From the human T2T-CHM13v2.0 reference genome, Homo sapiens, in the NCBI RefSeq assembly GCF_009914755.1, contig NC_060925.1: DNA of 64,000 nt. One strand, given 5' to 3'. The translations under genes and the position numbers were made by a program. The stretch's first letter is position 1; each line of letters opens with the position of its first letter. Positions 42,379-56,790 of this stretch are shown here, piece by piece. A model generated the notes under the pieces. That model ran no database searches. It saw only the letters and a list, made by a program, of their open reading frames with translations, and was not told the DNA's origin.

Positions 42379-44274
42379 ATATGTTTTAATACAAAATGAA
42401 ATAAAATATGAAACTAAAGCCTACTTTTCAGTTATTTTCTTCTTATTTTGCTCAATACAAAGTCTTGATTCTTGACAATCAATTTCTAGTTTAGAAATGG
42501 AGCAGAAAACCTGTACTGAAACTACATGCTTTCATGAGTTATAATTATATGTTGGATTGTGCCTCATAACACATGTAAGTGTAATTGTATGTTTGAATCA
42601 ATTCTACAAAATTGCATCCAGGCTACCATTGTATTTATAGCAATGGCATTGGCTTTTGTTTAAATTGTAAAGACAACAACACTAAATGGTCATGGGAGAA
42701 GAAGAAAATTACAATTATTTAATTCCTTATATATAATAAACTAAATATATGTTTAAAAGGCTTGGATATGCTGATCTGGAGTAAATAGAAAATTATTCTG
42801 AGTGAGAGAAAAACTGAAAGGAAACTGAACACAGTTTGAAAACTCCTCTCCATCTATCACAAACTAACGACAACATTTAAATGACAGAACTGGGTAAAGT
42901 AGGTTGCTATAACAAGCTTCAGAGTCAGTGGCAGAGCTGAAAATGCAACGTTTGTTGATTTTTTGAAACAGTGCTCTGACAGGATGATCCGAACTCGATT
43001 TATTTCTTACCTCGAAAAGACTTTTAAAAGCTGAGAAATAATGATACCAATTTGATAGGACTTCTGCATCTACAGAAATCTACAGCCTCCTTCTGTGAAC
43101 ACTGCATGTACTTTCTTCCACTGATCACAAAACCAGGTTAATTATTTTACTCCTAATACAATCACCTGTTTAAAGCTAGTTCTTTATGGTTTTGGATTTT
43201 TTTTTCTTTTTCTGGCAGCTCATATGTTAAAAGAGTGCAGATTTGGAAAAGGGTTGATTAAACATATACTCTAGTGACACACTGGGTACTGGGCACAAAG
43301 AGAGTAGCTATAAAGACAAAATTATAACAGTCCTGCCTTTATACTCTGTGGTAAATCATGTGTAAAATGTAATCTAATCCCACTGGATTCTGGAGATTTA
43401 CCATGGAAGCCAGAATGGGTTTGAGCCAAAATTATTAATAATATTTTTATTTGATCTTATTACAGTAGAACTAATAATTCACACATGTAAACGTTTTTTT
43501 TAAAAAATCTTTACTAATGTCTCTAGCTGGTTTCACCATTTATTAATTATGTAAACATATATCTTTATTGGTAAAATTAATATTTTAAAAATATTCAAGT
43601 TTTAAAGTATCTAAACTCTGATGAAAGAGCAGTTAACTTCTACAGTTATCTAAATTGCATCTTCTTTTTCCATTTTAACCATTAAAATACCAGTTAAAAT
43701 AAATATGATTTGTTTCTCATAAATCCACATTTTCAATGGGGACAGTGATTCTCTCTCTCACTCTTCCTGTCTTTCTTTATTTCCATGCGTAGAATTCTCA
43801 GATTGGCATTTCTGATTATAGTAGATACTAGTAACATATATACCCCAGAAAACACTTTCAAACTCCAATAAACTGGTAATATAAAAATTTGGAAAGGAAG
43901 AGGTGAGAAATAAGTGGGCCCTCTCTGCTTTCTTCACAAAGACTGGCATTATATCAGTTTCACAGCAGCAATAGTGGTGAGAATTCCTCATGCATTCAAG
44001 ACAATTTTTACTTTATCTGTGACAATTAGCATTGTCTGTAAACTATGCACACAGAGTACATTAGTTAATTAAATTAAATTAATTACATGAGATATGTATC
44101 TAGCATTACATTTAGTGTATTGCAATTGTTCTTATCACTTCCTTCACTTAAAAGCATAGCATAGTATTTTTTGAGTACATACTACACAAAACACTTTGCA
44201 AGGAAAACATTTGACATTCAAAGATACACATCTATGAATCCTTTATGATTCACTCTCAAAACACAAACTTCTGT

Positions 44275-44380
44275 TTTCAGGATCTATTACCACTGTGTTA
44301 CAGACGAGAAACTAAGGTTAAATAACATTGTGACTAGCTTAAGTTTAAAATGTTAATAAGTGGTAAAACTGATATTTAAA
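44275..44380 (-). mobile_element. MIR core relic
   Basis: ttacagacgagaaactaaggttaaataac...taagtggtaaaactgatattt. Confidence 0.5.
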
Positions 44381-44700
44381 TGGTAGAGTTAGCAAAAACT
44401 ATTGGCCAGCAAAAGCTGATAAAAGCAGGCCAGTCTTAGCGCCGAAGAAAAAAATTATAATGAAGTACTCTATGCCAGATATTAAGTTATAAGTTGTACC
44501 TTAGCTTGAGTTTCATTCAGGAATTGACCAAGTATTAATAAAGATTAGGAAGCAATTGGGGATTGGTGAGAGTTTCTTTTTGAAACTGGGAAGGTTGTAA
44601 ACACCACTGAACCCTCTCATGATAAAACATCATGAATCACATCTAGATTAATTGGTGGTTGAGGGTTCTGGTTTCCTGGCATCTTCACCAACTCTTTGAG

Positions 44701-45225
44701 CAGTTGACCCTTGAACAACTTAGAAGTTTAAACTGTGAAGGTTGGCATATGTGGATTTTGTTTTTACCTCTGCCACCTCTGAAGCAGCAAAACCTCCTCT
44801 TCCTCCTCCTCCTCAGCCTACTGAATGTGAAGACATTGAGGATGAAGACATTTGTAATGATCACTTCCACTTAATGACTAGTATATATATATATATATTT
44901 TTTTTTTCTCTTCATTAATATTTTCTTAATAACATCTTCTTTTCTCTCACTTACTTTATGGTAAGAATGCATTATGCAATACATGTAACATACAAAATGT
45001 GTTAATCAACTGTTTATGTTACCACTGAGACTTCCAGTCAGCAGTGGGCTATTAGTAGTTAAGTTTTTGGAGAATCACAATTGTGTATATATGTATGTAT
45101 TTATATATAAATATATATATGTATATATAAATATATATACATACTTGTGATTCTCCAAAATATAATATAAATATATATATATATATTTTTTTAACTGAAC
45201 CCCTTCATTGCTCAAGGATCAGCTG
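44701..45225. mobile_element. Tigger2a/MER28-like non-autonomous DNA transposon
   Basis: TIRs cagttgacccttgaacaac ... attgctcaaggatcagctg; internal cctcctcctcagcctactgaatgtgaagac. Confidence 0.85.
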
Positions 45226-45259
45226 TTATTACATAAGGGATTGGGATTGTTTTATGCGT

Positions 45260-45807
45260 TGTTATTGGCTATGCAACTGCCTATTCAAAAGACCATGAAA
45301 TCTGAGGAGGAAAAGGGAGAATTTTATTTTCTAAAACATCAATCTGCAGGTTGGAGAGGCACACCCTTCAGTACAAGTTAAAGTGTGTTCTCTAAAGAAC
45401 AAGAGGAGGGTCTGGCTTAAATAGGGGAAGTTCTCACCTCAGTTCTCAATCAGATCCATTGATGCAAATGAAGGATTCAAGGTTGTTCAGTTCTGATTGG
45501 TCAAAATAGTCAGGCTCTGATTGTTTTCAAGCCCCAAAACAAAAATGTCTTTTAGATGTTTATTTCAAATAGCCATGGGGTGGGGGCAGTTTAAATCTGC
45601 AGTTCATCTTGTCACTAACAAGAGGAACTGGTTTGGCTTGATTATAGAAAGGGAAATCCTATGACACTTTTGCAATGTCTTTCCAGGAACAGAGTATGTG
45701 ACAGTTCCCACACCCAGTCATGGCCACCTGACTCTATTTTAACTTTGAGCACCTCAGTTAGCCACGATGGTTCTATTTTGTCTGTCGGCTGGTGGCATAC
45801 TTTAATA
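45260..45807 (-). mobile_element. ERV1 (MER4-group) solo LTR
   Basis: tgttattggc ... ctattttgtctgtcggctggtggcatactttaata; CCAAT-type ctgattgg boxes; subfamily uncertain. Confidence 0.55.
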
Positions 45808-46074
45808 CTGTGTGACTTGATGATTCTGAAAGTTCTGATTTGAAACTGTCAAGAGGCAGTTTTTCATTTACTGTTAAGAACTTAGCATTTTGTTCAGGAA
45901 ATAGATTTCTGATTGACAAAACTTACAAAATAGAAAATTAAACAGAATTATAGCATAATTCATTACATTTGTAATCTGAAGAAAGTTGAACTTCTAAATT
46001 GAGTTCATTAATATCCAAATAGCTTCATTTGTTGCCTACTGTTAGGTATATATTGTTCTTTCTGCTTAAAAATG

Positions 46075-47080
<1,006 letters not shown>

Positions 47081-47589
47081 GTTATTTTTCTCTGACTCAG
47101 AATAATACAGCTTTTTTGCCTTCCTTTGCATAGTATCCTTTTCCTGTCTTCTTTACACCAACATCCAAAGTGGAACGAGTATATTAATACTTGTGGCAAA
47201 CTTAGAACACTCATGGTTAGGCTGAACTGACTGTTTCCAATGAACATTTCCATCTCTAATATTAACCCAATCTTTGTCTTGTTTCCAACAATCAAGGAAC
47301 TGATTCCCTAGCTAAAGCTACACATAGACAGAATTTCTGTTTAAAATTTGTATAATTGGTTCAATTTCAAATGCCTGCAATCGTAAGCTGTATAAAGTGT
47401 GGTAAATACATTTTTTTTTCAATGGAACTTGTTACTGAGAATTTCCGAGAGAATACATTATAGGTAGGACTAAAATTTTGTTGAAGAATAATTTGTAATT
47501 ATAGAACATGGAAATGTAACCAACCAAGAGTAATTGTGTCATAAACTAATCAATATTTGTATAAAATAACACAATTTGAGAGAGAATTT

Positions 47590-47740
47590 GACTAGAAAAT
47601 TTGAAGATCTTGATCCTAATGTCATTTCTGCCCTTCACTGACTACATGACATTAAGCAAGTGCTTGTTATATCCTTGAGTCTCATTGTTCTAAACAGTCA
47701 GATGGATGAATCTTCTAGGATTTCTTTCTGACTCTAAATT
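47590..47740 (+). mobile_element. MIR relic
   Basis: gatcttgatcctaat...tgacattaagcaagtgctt...ttgagtctcatt. Confidence 0.5.
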
Positions 47741-49534
47741 ACCATTTTTAATTAATACATTTGCATATGAAAGCTTACTTATTCACTTGCTGCTTTTAAA
47801 ACACAATACTGCTGGTTTTAAAACACAGTTAATGTTCATTAAATATCAACCATGCACACTGCATATACTTGACACGAGTCTTTCTAGGCACATTATATTA
47901 CATAATGCCGTGGCTACTAAATTATTTTGTAGTCATAGCAAAGATAATTATAATATCTAAATTTTTTATGCTAATATCTAAATTTCTATAATTGTTGGGA
48001 GTATATTTAGAGACTATTTAATATGTACTGCATCAAAAATCTATAAAACAAGATGGCATCATTATCCTCATCTTATTAACAGAGGATGTGAGGCTTGAAC
48101 TTATGGAAAGGCTTCCAGTTATTAAGCAGCATTTTAATTATAGTTATAAGCATGAAAATACATATTCCTAGTTCAAACATTATTATTTTTTATTGCTCTA
48201 GTCCACCTATTACTTACAAAAATATTGATAATACCAATAATAAGCCTACCTGTAGTTACTTATTTTTCTTAATGTAATGTTTATTTGGATATGCAATATT
48301 ATAATTATGATCATTTGTGTTCAAAACTGAAAATTGTTCAAATAGTTCCCTTTTTTCTTAAATGGAGATACAGTGCTTCATTATAGCCTACAGCTAATTT
48401 TTTTTTCATTTGCAATATACACAAAAGGTTTTTTTACGGGAAGAACCAAATTATGCTTTGTGTGGGTGTATGTATTTATTTAAATTTAAGTTTGACAGTG
48501 AATATCACCAAAACTTATAGGAAAAAAAAGTAAGTCAAATAACAAGTTGATTTACTCTTATGTATTTTGGGTAGAAAACTTGGGAGAATTCTGAACTACT
48601 TTTGCATATGTGGTCCTGGACCTACCAATCACAAAACAGTGATAGCACAGAAATAAATGAACTGTACATGTATTGTTAGAGGCATTCCGGTATTCAGCCA
48701 AATAAACTCAATTACATTTCAGTAGGCAGACAAGTCAATGTGTCACAACAGATGGATGAACAAAGGTGATCATGGAGATAATTTAAGAACAAAAGACTCA
48801 ATATAATTGAAATTATTTTGGGGTGAGTTCTAGAGCATGAACAAAAATGCGTATAGTAAAAAAGCTAGTTTTTCAACAAACAGTATGTAAAAACCACTGA
48901 GAGTTTTCATTCTTCAGTTGTAGAATAATATCTATCAATATAAAAAAATTAACCATTCAAAATTGACTGGGCTTCTGAAGCATATAGTGTGATAGGTTTT
49001 TATCACACTGTAGTAATGGAAAAATAACTCAGTTCTATTGCTATTAATAAGAAATCAACAAATATGAAAAATGAAAAGTTACACAATTATGTGTAATTAT
49101 TGAGACTATTAGTGTTTCTCTAATACATACTTGTAGATTTCGTTGGAATACTAAATATACTAAATTTTAAAAAGACTTTTTAAAATCCATTACAAAAAAA
49201 ACTTCTGAAAGCTCAGTCATGTTAGAGTTTATTATATTGATTACATTCAGAGACAATTCATCAACCCTGTTCAAGTTACAGCCTATACATTGATTTTTTT
49301 CAGTAGACTTAAAAAGCAAGTGCTATTGATTTATCTATCTATCTATCTAGCTAGCTATATATAATTTTCATTATAAAGGTACAGGATATAGAATAAAAGG
49401 CATATTTGAGCAGATGCTGAAAAGAACATTTTCAATATTTTAGTATTTTATAACTCCAAGATATTTACTTTGGAGGTGTTTTGTTGTTGTTAAAACAAAA
49501 TATCTTCCAGCTCTTCAATTTTAATAAGACTTTA

Positions 49535-49868
49535 TAGTCATGCCTCCATATTTGGGGGAGGTTAGTTCCAGAACTCCCCACAGATACCAAAATGCACAGA
49601 TACTCAAGTCCCTTACATAAAATGGCATAATGTTTGCATATAACCTATGTACATCCTCCTGTGTACTTTAAATCATCTCTAAATGACTTATAATAATTAA
49701 TACAATGTTTATGCACACACTTCATTTGCATGAATTCAACATAGTATTTGGTGAACAGCAAATTTGTTTTTCTGTTTAGAACTTTGTAGAATTTTTTTTC
49801 TGAATATTTTTGATCTGTGATTTGTTGAATCCACGGATTCTCAGCTCATGGATACAGAGGTACGACTG
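49535..49868. mobile_element. MER2 (TcMar-Tigger) DNA transposon
   Basis: cagataccaaaatgcacagatactcaagtccctta ... ggatacagaggtacgactg; degenerate TIRs. Confidence 0.85.
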
Positions 49869-49896
49869 CATTTAGTTCGACTTCCAATATGGCAAA

Positions 49897-50336
49897 TGAT
49901 ACGGTTTGGATCTGTGTCCCAGCCCAAATCTCATGTTGATATGTAATTCCCAATGCTAGAGGTGGGGACTGGTGGAAAGTGATTAGATCATGGGGGTGAT
50001 TTCTCATTAATTGTTTAGCACAACCTCCCTAGTGCTATTCTTGTGATCGAGTTCTCATGAGATCTGGTTATTAAAAAGTGTGTAGCACTTCCCACCACCA
50101 ACCCCACCCTGTGCTCTCTCTCTCTCTCATCCTCCTACTCTGGCCATGTTAATTGCCTGACTCTCCCTTTGCCTTCTGCCGTCATTGTAAGCTTTCTGAG
50201 GCCTCCCTGGAAGCAGAGTTACTATGCTTCTGCCACAACAGAAGCCTTTGGAACCATGAGTCAATAAACATCTTTTGTTTATAAATTATGCAGCCTCAGG
50301 TATTTCTTTATAACAATGTGAGAATAGACTAGTACA
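49897..50336 (+). mobile_element. MSTB-like solo LTR
   Basis: tgatacggtttggatctgtgtccc ... gaatagactagtaca; TSD gcaaa / gcaag. Confidence 0.9.
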
Positions 50337-50562
50337 GCAAGGTATTAGTACACACTTCCAGATAGTAGCCTGACAAGTTCCACAGTTCCACTCTCCAGGA
50401 AAACAAGCAAAACTGTGTCAACTATTGAAAAACCATGTAAAGTCTCTGGAGTTTGTCCTAAAGGCCTGAAACAAATGAAGAAATATTTATTTAAGGAAAG
50501 CTATTAAAACTCTCTAAGAACAGCCAAAATCTGTGATATTTGAGCTATGACCTATTACCTCC

Positions 50563-50934
50563 TGTATTAGTCCATTTCCACACTGCTACAAATAACTACC
50601 TGAGACTAAGTAATTTATAAAGAAAAGAGGTTTAATTGACTCACAGTTCCATATGGCTGGGAAGGCCTCAGGAAACTCACAATCATGGCAGAAGGCAAAG
50701 GTCAAGCAAGGCATGTCTTACATGGCGTCAGGAGAGAGAGAGAGCCCGGCGGGGTGAGGTGAAACTGCCACACACATTTAAATCATCAGATATCATGATA
50801 ACTCACTATCATGAGAACAGCATGGGAAAACTGCCCCTATGATCCACTCATCTCCCACCAGGTCCCTCCCGTGATATTTGGGGACTACAATTTGACATGA
50901 GATTTGGGTGGGGACACAGAGCCAAACCATATCA
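50563..50934 (-). mobile_element. MSTA/THE1D-like solo LTR
   Basis: tgtattagtccatttccacactgct ... gagccaaaccatatca; TSD cctcc / ccacc. Confidence 0.9.
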
Positions 50935-52643
50935 CCACCTTTTGCACCTGCCGCCAGCTCAGCTAAATGGAAGCCTTACTCCAGGTGGGTGTGGCTAAAA
51001 AGATGGGGCTTGCTTTCCCCCTCTCTCCTTAGTTCTCAATCAAGGGTTACTGTATCTCACTGGGAGGGTCAAGACAACAACAGCATTTCTCACCCTGTCC
51101 ACATGAAACACAATAGGCTAAATTTCTGGTGAGTGCTGTCAAATGTCCTGGGCTCCTTTCTTGCACTAAATCTCTACCCAGAGGAGAGAGACTGTTCTCT
51201 AGGTACATAGGCTGAGAGTACTGAATTAACAATTGTCCTTGCTTGCCCTAGCTCATTCAGATAGCAAACCTTATAAGACCAGAGGTACCACTCCACTCAG
51301 AACCCAGAGTAATGACTTAGAGATTTTTATCCAAGGGGAGAATTAGTCCATAAAAGAGATTTTTTAAACTCTTCCCAAAGACAATGACTTTATTTGAATC
51401 AGACGAAGAGGAGGTTAAAGCATATGGGTATTCTTGGAGACAATTGCTTTCTTTAATTTAGAGCAACAAGGTTAACCATAGCCCAGCTAGTACACCACCA
51501 AGAATCAGTGAAAGAGACAGCTAAGTAGAGTCTTCCTGGGTTTAGTACAACCCTAAAGAAATGACCCAAAAACTACCAGGACCTAGATGTAATTGGATCA
51601 GACTACTGAGGAACGTATTCCCCAGAGCATTGTTTCAAACAATACAGCAATCCACTAGTAATTAGTAAAAGCCTAATACTAACTAGGCAGACAACTGAAC
51701 AGACATTAGGGAAAAAGACAATTAAGGAGACAACCAGTAAAACCACTGATAAGAGAGTGACTGTGAGCACTCCCAAGCCCTACTCTTCATGGAACTACAT
51801 AAAGTATTCATTCACACGCTAAGGAAAACTTCCCAAAACGCTGCAAGACAAACTTCTTTAAAATACCTTATCTACAAATAGTTTGGCCAAGTCGCAAACA
51901 AGTAAACAAGCAAACAATAAAACAAAGCAAACCTCAGAGAGGATAAAGGGGATCAGTATCCAGAGTTACTATAATATATTGTATTAAGTGCCCAGTGCTC
52001 AACCAAAAATTATGAGACACCCAAAAAGGTAAGAAAGTTCCATCAGGCAACTGAAACTGCCTGTGAAAAGGACCTTATATCAGTTTTAACAAAGCCTTCA
52101 AAGTAGTCATTATAAGTTTGTTCAAAGAACTAAAGAAAACCAGTCTTATGGAAGTAAAAGAAGGCATGAAGATGTCACTTCAAGTAAAGAATATCAATAC
52201 CGGGACAGACAATATGATTTTAAAAATGCAAATTATGTAGATGAAAAGTACAATAACTGAAATTACAAATTCACTAGAAAGGCTCAACACTACATTTCAA
52301 CTGGAACAAGAAAGAATCAGCAGACTTGAAGATAGATTGATAGAGATAATGCAATTGAAAAAGAGAAAATAAAGTAAAAAAAAATGAACAGAGCCTCAAA
52401 GAAGTGTAGAATACTTTAAAGTCCAAAATATGCATAATGGGAGTACAGAACAGAGAAAGAGAGAAAAAGAAGGAAACAACACATTTTTGAAAAAATTAAT
52501 AAGTAAAATAACTCTGATTTTACTGAAAAATATTTATCTACATATCTAAGAAGCTTGATTAACTCAAAATAACATAATCACAGACATTCATGTCCAGATA
52601 TAGCACAGTAAAAATATCGAAAGACAAAAGCAAAGAGTTTATT

Positions 52644-53034
52644 TGTTAAGGAAAACACTGAGGTAAACTTAGTATCAGTAGAGAGTTTGTTTGGGCCAAC
52701 TTTGAGGACTGCAATTTAGGAGCATAGATTCAAGTTGTCCTGAATATGCACTTGAATTATTAACAGTTAAAGTAAGTTTTTAAAGGAAAAGAAGAGGTAG
52801 TTCCTAAATTGTTTACCAATAATTTCCATTAAAACAACATTAGCTATTGATTGGCTATACCTTGTACTTTGTATCATAAATTCCAGGAACATGAAGATAG
52901 TAGGTGAGGCAGCTAGTCAGGCATGCATGCTGGGAGATGGCTGACTAAAGTCCCACATTCACGTCTTTCCGGGCCTGATGAATTTTCTGTACCTCATATA
53001 GCTCAGACTGCTCTTGGCTATTTTTCTTTTCTCA
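52644..53034 (-). mobile_element. ERV1 (MER4-group) solo LTR
   Basis: tgttaagg ... gctcagactgctcttggctatttttcttttctca (TG...CA termini); subfamily uncertain. Confidence 0.7.
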
Positions 53035-53749
53035 TTTGTATGCTATATTCCTGATTTTAGATTATTCAATGCCAATAGTGTGTTAAAATAATTACAAAAT
53101 CTTATATCCTAAATCTACCACCGACTAAGCAAATCTATCCCTTTATTCTTTAGCTTTTAATTTTAATTAGCAATAATTCTATATTGACTTTTACTAATAT
53201 TCCACAGAAAACCTTTTCACATCTTTTTCATGCTTCTTGAGCTTATATGCCAATTATGTCTTTTTCCTTCTTAGCATTTTTATTGTGCTCAAATTTGATG
53301 CCATATAACTACTCAGCTTATTTTAACTCCAACTAAAAATATCTGTCATGTCTTTACCCATTCAATCTTTTGTTTCTATGTCAGAATGAAGTTTTTCTCT
53401 TCTTTATGCCAAGGCCATTCTTACTGTTTATGAGTTTAGCAATGTTATTTATATGAAGAATAAATTTTACATGACCAGTTTTCTAATACTCTTTCATTTT
53501 TAGTTCTTATTTACTTGACCATTTATTTCTTCTCTTCTCCCTATGCAACTGACCAGGTTAGGGCTATATAAACAAACATACAAAATATTTGAAAAATATT
53601 CTTTTCTTAATTGAATTATCTCTTAAACATCTGCAAAAATATAATAATTTTGTTTATTGTTTCCTTACCATGTACTCAGGCCTATTTAATTTTTGCTTTT
53701 ATTAACATTAATTCTTTCCTTAAAAATTCTGTAGGTTTTTCTTTCATTT

Positions 53750-54168
53750 TGATAAAGGAAAAACTTCAGCCTAATTAAATTTAAAGGATTTTAATTGAGC
53801 AATGAATGATTCGTGAATTTGGCAGCCCCTAGAATCACAGCAGATTCACAGAAACACCAGCACACTCATGTGGTGGAAGCAGATTTATAAACAAAAAAGG
53901 TAAATGACATATAGAAATTGAAAGTGAGGTACAGTATAGCTGAATTGGTTACAGGTGGAAGTTTGCCTTATTGAACACTCAGCAGTGTATAAATGGTTGA
54001 AGTACGGCCGCTGGGATTGGCCAAGACTTAGCTATTGTTACAGGCACATACTTCTAAGCTAGGTTTTACAATTTTGTCTACTGATTAAGCTAGACTGCAG
54101 TTCATCCACAAGGACCCAAATATAGAAGTATGGAGTCCTTTTCAGGCCATGTTTAGTTCACTTTAACA
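53750..54168 (-). mobile_element. MER57-like ERV1 solo LTR
   Basis: Minus strand starts tgttaaagtgaactaaacatggcctgaaaaggactccatacttctatatttg; perfect 4-bp TSD attt. Confidence 0.88.
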
Positions 54169-54779
54169 ATTTGTTTAATTTCTTTAACAGATTATTTTTT
54201 ATTTGCTTTTTTTTTTACTATTGAGTTCTAAGATGATTGCACTGCCAAAAGATTTTTTAGAACTTCTGTAAATGTTTTATAACCTTGTCTGCAGCATAAT
54301 TTTCAAAAGTTTCCAAATGTGATAAAGACTATTATATTATTGACCATTGAATTTATTGTGTTTAGTATGCCTTGATTTGAAGAATTCAATGTCCTACATA
54401 TTAAAATATGTTATTTAAATCTTCTTCAACTTACCTATTTTTTACTCTCACAATTTACTTAATCATTGCTTTGCATATTAAAAATATGTTATTAAGCATA
54501 TATAAATTTAGAATGTTTAGGGAGAAACAAGCAATTTATCATTATATGAAGACATTCTTTTTCTAAATACAATGTTTTGTTTATGTTGCCCACTGTTAGT
54601 ATAGATTCTCATCTTTACTTTGGTTATGATTTTTCTGTTGTGTATTTTTCTATTTCAACTTGTCTTTTTTTTATCTTATGTATATTTTAGGTATGTCTAT
54701 ATAAAATATAACTGCCATGACTGTAGTTTAAGACTGTACAAATGTGTTTTATTTTCTTATAAATGTTGGGAAGTAAGCA

Positions 54780-56440
54780 AGAGTTTTTCAAGCCTCTACT
54801 TCCATCACAGTTATTGATGTTCACGGTCAAGGTATAAATACAGGAAAGAGTAGTTCTAGGGGAGAAGTTACATTATTTAACTTCTACTAGAGTCATTCCT
54901 TAGGGCCTTAATGATTCATTTTTTTCTACATACAAAATATACCCACCCACCTTCATTCTAGGATTGTAAAATGTTCATCCAATTGCAACCTTTGACAGAC
55001 TTGAAGTCCAGGATCCCATCTTCTAAATTAAGATGATGCAGATAAGGCACCTTGTCTGCAGTTTCTCCAACACAACAATTTGGGAGTAGTTTCTCCAAAA
55101 ATCAAAGTCCTATGAACTAAAAACCAAGTCATCTGTCCTTTTACAACTGCCCCCACACCCAACACAATACTGCAATAGCCATTACCATTCAGAAAGAGGA
55201 GAAATGAGAGGCATGTTGAAGTAATCTGGCCATTACAATTCTGAAATTGAATCTGGTGCACATCACCAATTTTCCATGCTCCAGGGGCAGGAAGTGTTCC
55301 TTCAGAAGGCACCAGATGGACTTGCTGGACATAGTTCAATGAAACATTGTTTTACTCAGCTCTTGGTTTACCCTCTGTCTAGGTCCTTGGTTATGCCTCT
55401 TAAGAAGTCTTTTATTTCCATAAATAATTGTCTATATTTGTGTCTAAATAATTCTCTCAGCCTATCCATAGAAATTTAAGGGCCCAATGGCCTCATTATT
55501 TTTATCTATGTCCTTTGGAGTCCAAGCTTGTACAGTTCTTTTTATGATGTTGAAGACTTTCCGTATATCAAATTATAATCCACTGTCTTAGATAGAAGCT
55601 GTCTAACTCACAGATCTTTTGAGTCATGCTCTTCTCTCATTGGGTTGTTAATCACGATACTTTGGAATGATTTGCTTAAGTTTCTTGGAAGCTCATTTTT
55701 CTACCTGATAGAGCCTATGTAACACTGCTAAAGTATTTCTAAAGTAGAAATAAATGATCTTATGGATTTATTTGATCTTCACCCAAAGACCACATTTACT
55801 GATAGCATTCTCTATTTATATCTTTGCTCATTGAGAATGTTTTACTAGCTAGAGAGTCTGTGGATTTGGAAATGTATACTTTTCTATCCTAGGAAATTTT
55901 GGTTTTGAAATGTTTTATTTAAGTTATTCTTGAGAGAGAATAGCTACTTTAGTTCATATCTCATTCAGCATTCTGCCTGAAGATTTTCTTAGCCAGAACT
56001 CCAAGTTCATTAGGTACACTTTGTATTATTCATATTACTGTAGCTAATAGTTTAATTATCTTTCCCCCCACAACATCTTTACATTTTTCAAACTTCATTC
56101 ACAATGTCACTAAAGTCTTTCCCACTTCTATCTGCTGTCCAATCCATAGTGAACACCACATGCTTAGGATTTTGTTATATTGACACCACCCTTCCAGTAT
56201 CATTTCTGTTTTCAGCTATCTATTTCTAACTAAAACACTCAACATAAACTTAATGGCTTAAAATATATATGAAATATGTATGGTTTAATATATATATGAA
56301 ATTATATATATATTTTTTCTTTTCACATTTCTGTACATTATCTGGGGGTTTCTTCTCTTCATGTCTTGTTGCTTGGAGTCTCTCATGCAGCTGTGTTTAT
56401 CCGGGAGCATAGCAAGGTTACCATGTTTGCCTTAACATGA
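54780..56440 (-). mobile_element. Old MaLR (MLT1) internal region with LTR remnants
   Basis: accattcagaaagagg; int/LTR junction ccacccttccagtatcattttc|tgttttcagctatctatt...aaacttaatggcttaaaa near 56207. Confidence 0.55.
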
Positions 56441-56619
56441 TTTCTTTCTTGTGATATTGCACAGAAGCAGGTTAAATCATGTGTATTTTAACTAACTTTC
56501 AACAAAATAAATCCAGAAACATAGTCCTGGAATAGATCTTTTTGTGGCCTAGTTATTATGTTAGAATAATAGAACATTTTTCTTATTCTACATTGTTTTT
56601 ACTGTTACACATGTAGTAT

Positions 56620-56790
56620 GATAATTAGTAGCAATCATTAATTTTAAAAAGTGTATCAATTCTTTATACGAAAATATAAATTCCTAGTGAGCAAGGTATT
56701 TTATCTATTTTGTTCCTTGTTGTTATCTCCACTGCCTGAAGTAGTGCCTGGCCTATGAGTAGAAATGAGTTCAATATTCATTAAATGGAT
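56620..56790 (+). mobile_element. L2 3' end relic
   Basis: tatctccactgcctgaagtagtgcctggcctatgagtag...caatattcattaaatggatg. Confidence 0.55.

Larger units (their letters stand above)
49879..52640 (+). mobile_element. Old L1M 5' end (5'UTR plus ORF1 remnant), interrupted by two MST LTRs
   Basis: Starts gacttccaatatggc; ORF1-type gaaaagtacaataactgaaatt...gaaagaatcagcagacttgaagatag at about 52240-52340. Confidence 0.65.

Noticed and set aside
48986-49009. 9-bp hairpin agtgtgata / tatcacact
   Set aside because: Stems this short are expected by chance in 64 kb of AT-rich DNA.
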